Below are positions 36,132 through 47,414 of a DNA stretch of 64,000 nt, piece after piece; position 1 is the first letter of the stretch, and every line of letters starts with the position of its first letter. The stretch is from assembly GCA_964016885.1 (NCBI GenBank), contig OZ024741.1, forward strand, positions 267,654,001 through 267,718,000, read 5' to 3'. The DNA comes from Eledone cirrhosa. Taxonomy: Eukaryota. The position numbers were made by a program, and so were the translations under genes. The notes under the pieces are model-generated. The model saw nothing but the letters and a program-made list of their open reading frames with translations. It did no database searches and was not told where the DNA came from.

Positions 36132-36795
36132 CTAAAGGTTCCTCAGCAGTAACACTAATGACCGTTTCAGGAGTAGTGGTGAAGAGTAGGTCCAAAGTGT
36201 TGTCACCTCTCGTTGGGGAGGTGACCACCTGGGACCAACTCGAGTCCAGCACCAGCTCAAGGAAGTCATTTGCACTTGGCGGCCAACGAAAGGTCTCCCA
36301 GTCAATCTCAGGGTGATTGAAGTCACCTGCAATGAAAACATAAGTGGCTGTCTTCCTGGCAGCAGCTCTGAGGATATCACAAAGTTGAGTGTCCTGATGG
36401 TAATTTGGGGGACGGTAAACGACTCCAAGTAGCAGTGTTGACATGGTCATACGTATATCGCAGAAAAAAACTTCCTGCTGTGATTGGTTCAAATCAGCAC
36501 AAGGAATTGCCGACAGATTTGACCGAACGTAGACCATTACACCACCACCACGACGATTAATACGGTCTTTACGAAACAGGTTGTAGCCAGTCATGCTGAA
36601 AACCCCATCACAGAGTAAGGGATGTGCCCAAGTTTCCGTGACTGTAATGAAGTCCGGGTTGATACTTTTGACGTAGGAGTCAAAAAGATGAATCTTATTG
36701 CATAGACTACGTGCATTCAAGGACAACAGTTTGTACTTTGATTCCAGTCTATGATTATGTGCAGGGGATGGCAGGTTGTTCTGATTTAGTTTCCC
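36091..36795 (-). CDS. CR1-like ORF2, APE endonuclease part; no ATG before the domain, frame entered at GGGAAAC
   Basis: LNARSL, ITVTETW, RKDR...RGGGV, VYRPP, AGDFNHP, PTRGDNTLDL, GDSDH. Confidence 0.9.
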   Translation of the reverse strand, partial: GKLNQNNLPSPAHNHRLESKYKLLSLNARSLCNKIHLFDSYVKSINPDFITVTETWAHPLLCDGVFSMTGYNLFRKDRINRRGGGVMVYVRSNLSAIPCADLNQSQQEVFFCDIRMTMSTLLLGVVYRPPNYHQDTQLCDILRAAARKTATYVFIAGDFNHPEIDWETFRWPPSANDFLELVLDSSWSQVVTSPTRGDNTLDLLFTTTPETVISVTAEEPLGDSDHCQSIQHGQ

Positions 36796-37772
36796 AGAGT
36801 TTTTTCAGTTTCTTTATTGTCAGTTGTTGTGGGTACAGTGTTTTCAGACCAGCTGGTGTCTCTTTTCCATGATTCGCCAGCCTTAACAAACTTCCATATC
36901 TGCCCATCATCTCGTAGGCTGAAGCTTTCATGTTCTGCCGAGCTGCGGTTTAGGGAAGCTGCAGCACGCAACTTTGGGCGGACATCAGGTGGAAGACCAG
37001 GACATGTTCGGAAAGCAATCCGACTTTCACGCCTAGCTTTATCAGAGGCTACAAGGTATGAACGTGCCTTAGCCGAGTTTGAAAACGACAGTCTAATTAA
37101 CCTGGGTTTCGGGCCTGGTCGGCCAAGGCGTAGAGCACCCTTTGCGGGAGCACAGCCCAGGTCTTTGGATGAACTGGCAGCAAATGCCTGAAGATCAACT
37201 AGGTCTTCTGGTACACCAATGGCAATCACTTCGTGGTTTGCAGATTCAGTGGCATTCTCAATGCATCTAGGTTCAACATGAGATACGCGGAGATTTTTTA
37301 ACAAGGCACTCCGGTAAGATCCCTCATTGTGGGGTTCTACACGAACGCTTGATTTTATTTCCGCTATTTCTTGACTTAAAGCGGAAATCATTTGCCGTAT
37401 TTCCTCAAACTCCGTATTGACGGTCGGTTTTTGTTGTTGTTCTTCTCCTTCAACAGGCATGGTAGAAGACACAGTCGTCGGTTGTTGTTGTTGAAAAGTA
37501 ACGGGTGAGGAAGACATGGGTTGCTGTTGTTGATGAAGTCCTTCAACGGGGGTAGTAGCAGAAGCTACGGTCGTTGGTTTTTGCTGTTGTTCAGCGACAA
37601 TGGTAGAGGAAGACACGATCCTCGGTTTTTGTTGTTGTTGTTCAGGAACAATGGTAGAAGACACGATCTTCGGTCTTTGTTGTTGTTCCGCAGCAATGGG
37701 AGAAGCAGGCATACAGTCCAGGCACTGAAAGGACCAGTTTGTTAGCTGGACCATCTCCCAGAGTCTATCCAT
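36786..37772 (-). CDS. CR1-like ORF1 (Q-rich repeats, coiled-coil, RLG..KPRLIRL motif)
   Basis: 328-aa ORF directly upstream of ORF2; WSFQCLDC PHD-like remnant; IAIGVPE and LRLGRPGPKPRLIRL typical of CR1/L2 ORF1. Confidence 0.8.
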   Translation of the reverse strand: MDRLWEMVQLTNWSFQCLDCMPASPIAAEQQQRPKIVSSTIVPEQQQQKPRIVSSSTIVAEQQQKPTTVASATTPVEGLHQQQQPMSSSPVTFQQQQPTTVSSTMPVEGEEQQQKPTVNTEFEEIRQMISALSQEIAEIKSSVRVEPHNEGSYRSALLKNLRVSHVEPRCIENATESANHEVIAIGVPEDLVDLQAFAASSSKDLGCAPAKGALRLGRPGPKPRLIRLSFSNSAKARSYLVASDKARRESRIAFRTCPGLPPDVRPKLRAAASLNRSSAEHESFSLRDDGQIWKFVKAGESWKRDTSWSENTVPTTTDNKETEKTLGN

Positions 37773-40209
37773 CGTAGCAATGTGATGTTTCTTATTTTGG
37801 CCTGGGATGAAGCAAAGTTAGTAGTTACCGTTTTGATTGCCAGGCAAACGCAGGCTGGCAGAAGACGCCTGGCGAAGGCCAGGCGCCGGAAAGGGAAATG
37901 AGAGCTTGAGAACTGAAAGTTATTAGTTTTATAGGGTTCTGACCGGAAGTTACAGAAAGGGTTCTACTTCCCGTCTAGATGTTGTTAATCTATTGGGGTT
38001 GTGAGTCACAACAAGGGAGGCAACTGCTACATAACCTCCCGCCAGAATTTTAGAATATAAAAATCGAATGAAATATGTAGCAAGTTGGCGAGAATGTTGT
38101 AACAGGCATGAAAATTACGACAAAAGAATGTTTGCAAAAATCAATGATAGATATCAAGGTAGCCAACCGCTCTTGGCCAGAGAACGACTGGACATCTATC
38201 TATCCATCACCCAAAGATACAATGTAATAAAGTAAGAGAAGAGCTCAAAGTTCAAATGTACAAAATATAGTTCACAGGTGTGCAATCACATGACAGCAGG
38301 AAAGAAAGTGTGTTCCAGAGAATGAATGCAGGTGGTTTCTGTTCTGTGGTATATCGTGAAATTTCCAACTTCCGAATGGATTTTCTCACAGGAAGAGTGC
38401 TGCAAAAATAAATTCTCTGGCTTGTTCTGCTGGTTTTGGTTGTTGGTGAAACTGTGTTGCTGTTGATGTTGTTGTCTCGCGGAGTGAGCGTATTCGGTGT
38501 TTAAATTCACAGTAAAAAAAATTTTTTCAGAAAAAATGAGTTGCGCAAAGTGCTAGAAATAACAGCCGAAGTTGATGGTCGATGTTGAGAATGCGTTGAC
38601 CTGGAAGGGTCAAGAGGCCAGCGACCAAAGAAATAAGCATTCTGAATAAATGCGCAGTTTTCAACGGCAAATTTACGTGGTAAATTTTTAAACCGGCAAA
38701 TAGGAGAATATAGCTTAAGGCTGAAGAATCCTTGGCGAGAAACGTTATCTCTGGCGTGCGGCTATCTCTGTGAGTCGAGATATCTCCGTGAGTTGAGAAT
38801 TTGTGCTGCCTACACGTGCCAATACAAGGTTAAGTTAGGTTGAAAAAAACACTATTTCTAATGCGCGAGAAAATGAAAGTGCAACAGGTCGTTGGCAGCA
38901 ATTTTGAAAAAAATGTGTGTGTGAAAGTGACAATTATGAAAAAGAAAGGCTTCACTTAGCATAATTATTGGTGTGAACTTTGAAAAAAAACTTGAACGAT
39001 GAAGGAAACGATGAAAAAAAAAGGCAATGGTTCATCGAAAATAAATGTCCCTGTTGAAATGTTTTTAAAAAAAAAAAAATATCAAATTTCTTTTTTTTTT
39101 TTTTTTTTTTTTTGAAAGTGTTCGTTGTAGGAAACGAGAAACATATATATATCGTGAAATGCGACAGTTAGTTGATGCGTGAGAAAAAAGTCTGTCTGAA
39201 CGCGAATTTCACATGTGCGTGGTGTGTTCGTTTCTTGGAGAAACATATATATATATACAGCAAACTGCGACAGTTAGTTGATGCGTGAGAGAAAAAGTCT
39301 GTCTGCACGAAAGTTTCGCATGTGCGTTTCTTTGACTGAGTATTTTCATAGTTTGTCAATAAATTTGCTGTGTATTCGTAATGTTACTCACACGACACCA
39401 GATTCTGCTATTTTTTTCTTTTTTCGGGGTGTCACCAATGTAGCGAAGAACTCGTGTGTAGTATGAATGTAACAAGGAGACATGGTTTATGTGTATAATA
39501 TTTAATCAACAATTTAACAGTATAGTTGACATGTCAAAGAAATAGATGAAAGAATGAAGCAAAGTTAGTAGTTACCGTTTTGATTGCCAGGCAAACGCAG
39601 GCTGGCAGAAGACGCCTGGTGAAGGCCAGGCGCCGAAAGGGCAAATGAGAGCTTGAGAACTTAAAGTTATTAGTTTTATAGGGTTCTGACCGGAAGTTAC
39701 AGAAAGGGTTCTACTTCCCGTCTAGATGTTGTTAATCTATTGGGGTTGTGAGTCACAACAAGGAAGGCAACTGCTACAATCCTTACGGGGGCGATAAAAT
39801 AAAACACCAATAATACACTAGCCTTGTGCCAAAAGTAGAAACAATTATATTTACGATTTGAAGTAGTCATATTTTTTTCTTTTTGCTGAAGTGAAATGAA
39901 GATATATATAAACCAGAATTATTGGTATTTGTCATGTTCATCATTTTTTCCTCAACAAATGAACTTCGCTTCACATATACGATCTTAATACACCCAACCC
40001 AATCATACATACATACCATCACAAACAATATATGCACCACTCCAACAACATATACACACATACACATAAGTAGAGTTAAATACATCACACACTCTCACCC
40101 CTTGTCTCATTCTTGTCTTCCTCAACTCCTGATGATGTCTGGCTACTTTGGACTTTCTTTTTTCCTTTTTCTTTCAAGCATGAAACTAATAAAACTATTG
40201 TTTTGGGGG

Positions 40210-41180
40210 TGACAAAATCAGCAGTGGTGGTGGGTGTTCTGAAAGTACAGTAGAACGGGATGGAAAAAGTTCGGAGAGCTAATACTGCTGTTGGCCTCAA
40301 AAGGTTTCTCTATGAAAATGAAAGGCAGATTGTATGATACTTGTATACGAATAGCAATGTTACATGGCAGTGAGACCTGGGCATTGTGTGCAGAGGACCT
40401 GCGCAGACTGGAAAGGAACGAAGCATGCATGCTTCATTGGATGTGTAATAGTAATATACACGAACGGCAAAACATAAATGAAATAAGTGAGAAATTAGGA
40501 ATAAGAGGGATCAGATGCTGTTTACTTGAGAGAAGATTAAGTTGGTATGGTCATGTGATGTGCTTGAAAGACGACAGCTGTATAAAAAAAGTGCAGGGAG
40601 ATCAAAATTGATGGAAGTTACGGAGTAGGTAGACCCAGAAAAACCTGGGACGACATGATAAAGTCCAACCTTGCACACTTACACCTCTCTAAGATAATGT
40701 CACTGGATCGAGATCTTTCGTGGCACGCAGTATTACAGAAGACCCGCCTTCCTAACGTGCAAAGTTGTAGGCCCCTCCAAACCTACAGTCAGTAGGCCCC
40801 TCCAAACCAAACACACCCCAACCCACTACCCCACTCCATCCTTCCACTCCTACCAACACCACCCTTTCTCTATAAAGTTATGTTGGTACCACAATATCCA
40901 GTCCAAACTAATGAGATCGTGAAGGTGTCAAGACAAAAAACACACAGTCCATGCTGTAATGTGGCCGTGTAGGTAACACGGTAAAAAGTTCCCACTCCAT
41001 ACTGTAAATGTGGTTGGTATTAGGAAGGGCATCCAGCCGTAGAAAACCTGCCACATGGTCCTATATGAGTGAGACACGGTCACCCGACCAATCTTGCCTA
41101 AAGTGGGACAACTCCCATCTAATCCATGCTAGCGTGGAAGATAGACGTTAAACAATGACGATGATGATGATGATGATGAT
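40210..41180 (+). mobile_element. RTE-like LINE 3' fragment with (GAT)n tail
   Basis: KGRLYDTCIRIAMLHGSETW, RRLSWYGHV, GRPRKTW; 3' motif GGAAGGGCATCCAGCCGTAGAAA. Confidence 0.85.
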
Positions 41181-42073
41181 CTCTGTGTTTGTCCTTTTTT
41201 TTTAACTATATACATATATAATAGTGTTTTATTCGATATAATAGTGTTTTATATAATAGTGTTTTTATTCGAAGCATTAACATATGTTTCATTACCTAAT
41301 AAGCAATTAATTATGTCTTGAAATCACTATCATCAATAGTTGATTGGCTATTGTGAAATTCGATTTTGAATACATAAAACAATGCAGTCACTCACTAAGT
41401 AAGCATCTTGTTGAGTCAACTAGCACCATTCGCTGAAATATTCCTCGGTGTAGATTACTCGTAAGCTGATTTTAGATAGCCTTCAAAAAATCTCGTTTAC
41501 TTTGATATATATGTATATATATGTAAATGGAATAGAATGAAACGAAATTTCATTTCTCACTCTTAGTACGCCGCTTACTTAAATGTAAGTATGTATGTAT
41601 ACGTACATACATATATGTATACAGATGTACAGTAGTATGTATATATATATACATACATGCACACTTATATATATGCACGTATCGGTTTACCGAACATTTA
41701 TTATAATGTTCGGTTTGTTTGTTTGTAAACAAACAAACAAACCGAATTACGCCGTACAGTGTTTAGGCAACCACGTCACCTTTTTGTTCAACACTGACAC
41801 AATATTATGAGTTCGATTCCTGGACCAGGCGATGCGTTATGTCTTTGAGCAAGACACTTTATTTCACGTTGCTGCTTCTACCTGGAGTTGCGACCGATAG
41901 ATAGTATTGGAAAGCCCAACGGAAACATTGTCCCCCCGGTCCGATTTGACGAAAGTCGATCGTTCCTTTTTTATATATATAAAAGCGAGGACAACTTTGG
42001 ATACCTAAGGCTTTTACAATTACCAACCGAATTTGACCAAATTTTCTGTGCACGTTGCACAGGTCGCTAAATT

Positions 42074-42217
42074 TTCATTTAGTCCAGAATTAGCCGTCGA
42101 AACGGCTTGAGCTCAGCCGTCGGGCTCCTACTTGTTCCTATTACCCACTCTACTACCCTAAGTATTGAGTACTTTGGTGCGTTATGGTCCATCTGGTTCC
42201 TTACCACATTTCATTCG

Positions 42218-42269
<52 letters not shown>

Positions 42270-42298
42270 CGAAGGAAATGTGGTAAGGAACCAGATGG
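42074..42298. mobile_element. Family C PLE 3' end (half hammerhead), with a short inverted copy across (TA)n
   Basis: 42074-42220 is the reverse complement of 18297-18445; 42268-42298 is the same terminus inverted. Confidence 0.8.
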
Positions 42299-42300
42299 AT

Positions 42301-42465
42301 AGTTTTATGTGTACAAAGATTGCACTAAATATTTGTTTGCATTAATTATTGAAGACTTCTGCTTATTTTGACAGGTTGGGGCCAAATAATGTTCTTCTTT
42401 TACTTCCTAGCTGTATATTCTTAGCATAATTTCAAACCCTGGGCAACGCCGGGTAAATCTGCTAG
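42301..42465 (+). mobile_element. Helitron 3' end
   Basis: Hairpin CCCTGGGCAACGCCGGG then CTAG|T; reverse complement of 50546-50712. Confidence 0.75.
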
Positions 42466-42481
42466 TATATATATATATATA

Positions 42482-42585
<104 letters not shown>

Positions 42586-42643
42586 CGTAAAATAAGAAAA
42601 TATTTTTAAAAAAAATTTTTTTAAATTTTTTACTTAAATTTTC

Positions 42644-42725
42644 ACTCCAACTAATTAGTTTCTGCAATGGGATAAAGACAGTTACGTAATCCAACTGTCG
42701 AGAATTCATTGCGTCATCAGGGAGT
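42644..42725 (-). ncRNA. Type I hammerhead ribozyme, family D (minus copy)
   Basis: Reverse complement of 43398-43479. Confidence 0.75.
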
Positions 42726-43397
42726 CTATTCTCAGCTAAGTCTCCAGGCAATGCGCGGACACTGGCGGCTCATATAAAAATAATAATAATTCGGTAGATA
42801 GAACAGCTGGCGAGGACTGGATTCTATGTACTGAAATTCTCACTGCTTCTAGTCAAATGGCCGATTCTAAAGAATCAATCACGTGACACAGAGGCTAGTT
42901 AGAAGGAATGGGATGGTAAGATGACTGACAGTAAAAAATTTTAAAAAAATTTTTTTTTTTAATATTTTCTTATTTTACGTCTTTTATATTATTGTTCTGC
43001 ATCCTCCTGCATTGAACCACCTAGGTACTATGACATAACCTGTGTATTTGCTGGCATGGGCGTGCATCTGTGCGCTTATGTTAGTTGATATATTAAATTA
43101 TCTATATTTATCTCCAAATCACTGATTTGTCGAGCAAACCTGCCAAAACCACTTCTAAAAAAATTTTTTTTTTTTGGGGGGGTGTTAGTAGGCGTCAGTC
43201 ATCTTACCATCCCATTCCTTCTAACTAGCCTCTGTGTCACGTGATTGATTCTTTAGAATCGGCCATTTGACTAGAAGCAGTGAGAATTTCAGTACATAGA
43301 ATCCAGTCCTCGCCAGCTGTTCTATCTACCGAATTATTATTATTTTTATATGAGCCGCCAGTGTCCGCGCATTGCCTGGAGACTTAGCTGAGAATAG

Positions 43398-43479
43398 ACT
43401 CCCTGATGACGCAATGAATTCTCGACAGTTGGATTACGTAACTGTCTTTATCCCATTGCAGAAACTAATTAGTTGGAGT
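43398..43479 (+). ncRNA. Type I hammerhead ribozyme, family D
   Basis: ACTCC-CTGATGA-C GCAATG...CATTGC A-GAAAC-TAATTA-GTT-GGAGT. Confidence 0.78.
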
Positions 43480-43663
43480 GAAAATTTAAGTAAGTAAAAA
43501 ATTAAAAAAAAATTTTTTTTTTTAATATTTTCTTATTTTACGTCTTTTATATTATTGTTCTGCATCCTCCTGCATTGAACCACCTAGGTACTATGACATA
43601 ACCTGTGTATTTGCTGGCATGGGCGTGCATCTGTGCGCTTATGTTAGTTGATATATTAAATTA

Positions 43664-43715
<52 letters not shown>

Positions 43716-43738
43716 CATATATATATACATATACATAT

Positions 43739-43780
<42 letters not shown>

Positions 43781-43793
43781 ATATACATATACA

Positions 43794-43850
<57 letters not shown>

Positions 43851-43857
43851 GTATATA

Positions 43858-43911
<54 letters not shown>

Positions 43912-43998
43912 GTGAAAAATTGAACGGGAACAAAACAGAGAGGCAGTACGAACAAAGGTTTATTAATTTCACGCTCTTGAGAGTGGGTGGTGGTGGGG

Positions 43999-44032
43999 AA
44001 CGACGTTTCGGGCATAAGCCCTTCTTCAGGTG
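43999..44032 (-). ncRNA. Minimal hammerhead ribozyme, family E
   Basis: AC-CTGAAGA-A-GGGC ttat GCCC-GAAAC-GTC-GT, the classic minimal PLE form with palindromic ACGT in place of stem III. Confidence 0.8.
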
Positions 44033-45505
44033 AAAAGTGTGTGGGGAGAGAGTTCAAAGGGTGTGTAGGGGAGTGGTGGAGAGACCTTTAGCAAAAAGGG
44101 GGTGGGAGGAAACGGTACAAATGAAATTAAAAATAAAGGCATGATCAAAATAAAATTATAATGGAGTGAAACAGGTGGTGGAAGGGTGTGGGGCGTGTAG
44201 GGGTGGTGGCGGGTGGAGTGGGGAGAGACGGGGTGTCCGAGCGGGGAGGGCTGAAGCGGGGAGGGCTGTGTGTGTGTAGGTGTACGTGTGTGTGTGTGTG
44301 TGTATGTGAAAGCAAGGGTTGGGGGAAGAACGGGGTTGCATGTTCAGGAAGAGGTGTGTGTGGGGTGGGTGTAGGTCGGAGTGTGTGTGCGTGTGTGGAT
44401 ACAGAGGTGGGGAGAGAGGATTCCGGAGGCTGAATGTGTAAATATGTGGTGGTACGCACGTGTGTGTATGGTGTTTATGCGTGTTGTGGATGTAGGTGGC
44501 GTGTGGGAAAAAAAATTTTTTGGGTGTGTGTCTGGGGTGAGTCGTAAAGGTAATTCCGTAAAAAGATGTGGTGGAATGCTGAGTAAAGTCCTGGGATGCG
44601 GTAGATTCTCGGGATCAAGGTTCACATATGTGTAATCCGTGAAGAGATTGGTCGGAAGAGGGAAGATGTGGGGTGCGCGCGCAACAGGAAGTGGTCAGAG
44701 GGTCAAGGCAGGAGGAGGGTTGTGTGTCTGTGTGTGCGGGGAGGTGGTCAGGGGCATAGCAGCAGTAGGGTAGAATGGTAAGTGAAGAAAGTCGGTGTGT
44801 CAGTGCGTGCGGAGGTGCGATGGACAGGGGAGAGGATGGGTAGGTGTGAAAGTTGGAGTGGGGGAGGGGGGTATTAGTAGAGGTGTTAGTGGGATGTGTG
44901 AGTGTTTGAGAAAGGGTGTGGGTGGAGCGGGGAGAGAAGGATGTGGGGGGCCCATGGAGGGAGTGTAGTGTGCTGGTGTGTGTGTGTGTGGTGAAGGGGG
45001 TGTTAGTGGGTGTTAGTATACTTGAGGTGGAGAAAGGGTTGAATGCGGGTGTGACTGGGGGTCAGTGGTGGTAGGGTGTGTAGAGTGGGTGGTGTAAGAG
45101 GGTGTGTGTGTTCATGTGCGTAGGGTTGGGGGGGGTGTTAGTGATGTTAGTTGCGTGTAGAGTGAGTGGTGTAAGTGGGTGTGTGTGTTCGTGTGCTTGT
45201 GGTCAGGGGGTGTTAGTGATGTTAGTTGCGGGGTGGTGAGGTGGATGTGTGGGGGTGAGGGTTAGTGGTGGTAGTAGGGTGTGTGTTTAGTGTGAGCGCG
45301 TGTATATATGTACCGGTGGGTGTGTGCCTGTGATAAGGAGGGGGAGGAGAAGAAGGGGGGGATGTTAGTATGTTAGTTGGGGAAGGGTGGTCGGATGTGG
45401 GGTGGAGGTGTTAGTATTGCTAGTTGTGGGGTGGGCGGTGAAAAGGAGGAGTGTGTTAGTGGTGTTAGTGGGGGATATGTGTGGGGCGGAGGGGGCGGTC
45501 GAAAG

Positions 45506-46200
45506 CTAAAGGAATAAGGGTGGGGAGTTCAGGCCGGGGGGAGTGTGGGTCTGTAGGGTGAAGATGGTTCGTTGTTCGACCCTTAGGAGATTGGCGGTTG
45601 TTCCGTGGCATTGGAGTAGGCCACAGACTGTGAGGTGGTGTGCGGAATGTCCACGGGCACCAAAGTGGCGGGCGATGGGGGGACTACCACCGAGACGAAT
45701 ATCCCGGAGGTGCTCAGTAAATCTGTCCGCCAGGCGACGTCCAGTCTGTCCGACGTAAGTCGCGCTGCACTCCGTGCAGCGAAATCCGTAGACTAGGTTG
45801 GAGGAGGTGCAGCGGAAGGCATGCCGGACAGAGAGAGAGTGGCCGTTGGGACCCTGAAAGGTGGTGGTGTTGGTGATGTGGGGACAGGTGTTGCAGCGGG
45901 GCCTAGAACAGGGAAAGGAACCGGGGGGGAGAACATGGGTTGGGGGTAGGGAGCTGTGGACGAGGAGGGTACGGAGATAGCGTGCGCGTTTGAAGGAAGG
46001 GAGTGGTGGGGCTGGGAAGATGTGGGAGGTTGAGGGGTCGGACTGGAGGCGTCGGAAGAGGCGGAGGTGGTGCGGTGGAGGGGTATGGTGGAGGGGTGGT
46101 AGGTGATGGGGAAGGGGAGACGGTGGGTGGGTGCGCGGTGGCGTGGGGTGAGGGTGGTGGAGCGGTGGACAGCACTGGCGCGGGTGAGAGCGGTGTGGAC
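45506..46200 (-). pseudogene. Neptune-type PLE linker plus GIY-YIG endonuclease (frameshifted)
   Basis: PFPITYHP; CSRPRCNTC; CTSSNLVY..C..C..YVGQTGRRLADRFTEH; PPGLN. Confidence 0.88.
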
Positions 46201-46231
46201 GAGGGGGGGGGGGGGGGGTAACCTCTGCAGA

Positions 46232-46269
<38 letters not shown>

Positions 46270-46270
<1 letters not shown>

Positions 46271-46277
46271 TATAAAG

Positions 46278-46340
<63 letters not shown>

Positions 46341-47152
46341 CATATATATACGTGTTTTGCAACAGGTCACTTTGTGGCTCAATGAAGAGTTAATAAATTA
46401 AATAAAATAATCAGAGCTAAATATTATTAAACATGTCTATAGAATCACAAGATAAAATATATACCATTTCCTCTCCCAATTAGCATAATTAACTATATAA
46501 AAAATCTGATTATTTAATTTAATTTATTAACTTTTCATTGAGCCACAAAGTGACCCGTTGCAAAACACGTATATGTATGTATATATATATATATATGTGT
46601 ATGTAAACCTTTATATGTAATAATCTCCCATTAGGTTGAGATACAAATTTGGCTGTATTGTGCTGTGCTTTCTAGCAAAAAGCCACCAGCCGTAAGCAAC
46701 TACCACACCCCTTCCAACCTGACCGCTGCTACGTCACGATTCTTAGCCATTTTTGAATGAATTCTTGGCGCGATCACTTTGGAAAATTTAATGTCTAGAT
46801 TAGAGCAAACTCCTGAAGAGTCCGATGCTTGAGTTCCAAAGTTATTGGAAATCTCAAAATGCGGACGAAACCATGGTAGAGGTAAATAAATGTATTCTAT
46901 TTTCTCCTAGTTTATTTTACACCTAATTCTGTTTAATTGACTGTATCTGGGCGATTACGCTGTCGAAATATTCCATAAATATTCCGTAGCGGCCGACGCG
47001 AAGGGCTAGTTTCGGTTATTTGTTTGAAATTTTTTCATAGAAACCTTATTCTTATAGCCTGGTCTATTCGATTTTTTATATAGTTAATTATGCTAATTGG
47101 GAGAGGAAATGGTATATATTTTATCTGGTGATTCTATAGACATGTTTTATGA
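46270..47152. mobile_element. Nested fold-back PLE termini, no ORF
   Basis: About 46270-46408 is inverted at about 46510-46616, and about 46425-46503 is inverted at about 47072-47150. Confidence 0.7.
46810..46881 (+). ncRNA. Type I hammerhead ribozyme, family F, extended stem II
   Basis: CTC-CTGAAGA-GTCCG..TTGAG TTCCAA/TTGGAA CTCAA..CGGAC-GAAAC-CATG-GTA-GAG, then AATAAA. Confidence 0.85.
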
Positions 47153-47294
47153 TATATATATATTCATTAGTTAAGCAAAACAAGACCACAAATTTCACAA
47201 GGAAGACATTATTAAAAGATTGTCAACATATTTTAGTTTGATGTAAGGAATGTAGAGAATAATAATAATAATAATATTAATAATAATAATGTCC

Positions 47295-47414
47295 GTTTAC
47301 AATTGTTTCGCTACTCCATATAATATTTCTGGATCAGATGACTATATATCATAATTGATTTGGTTCAGTTGAAAATAATTAACATATTTAAAAGACAGAG
47401 CGGCTCATCGGAAC
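47295..47414 (-). ncRNA. Hammerhead ribozyme, family G (core CCGATGA, large stem II insert)
   Basis: GTT-CCGATGA-GCCGCTC...GAGTAGC-GAAAC-AATT-GTA-AAC. Confidence 0.65.

Larger units (their letters stand above)
33859..37806 (-). mobile_element. Near full-length CR1-like (Jockey group) LINE nested in the LTR
   Basis: ORF1, APE endonuclease, RT, short 3' UTR and (ATT)n tail. Confidence 0.92.
33752..39778 (-). mobile_element. Non-autonomous LTR element copy 2 (5' LTR 39439-39778; 3' LTR split into 37807-38031 and 33752-33858), TSD ATCC, inserted in a SINE
   Basis: Interior is the reverse complement of 29600-30925; ATCC at 33748-33751 and 39779-39782; flanks rejoin as SINE core AACTTTGC..ATCC|TTACGGGGGCGATAAAAT. 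Confidence 0.88.
43911..46230 (-). mobile_element. 5'-truncated Neptune-like PLE with a 1.6-kb C/A-rich 3' UTR
   Basis: GIY-YIG ORF, hammerhead near the 3' end, (TA)n on both sides. Confidence 0.85.

Noticed and set aside
24240-37745. Plus-strand ORFs overlapping the Tx1 and CR1 ORFs
   Set aside because: Antisense shadows of GC-richer coding sequence with no recognisable motifs.
39867-40088. Possible host exon or upstream GCLC exon
   Set aside because: No recognisable homology and no convincing splice-site pair.
41277-41340. Hammerhead on the minus strand (TTGATGA...GAAAC ATAT GTT)
   Set aside because: C3 is mutated and stems I and II pair poorly; at best a decayed copy.
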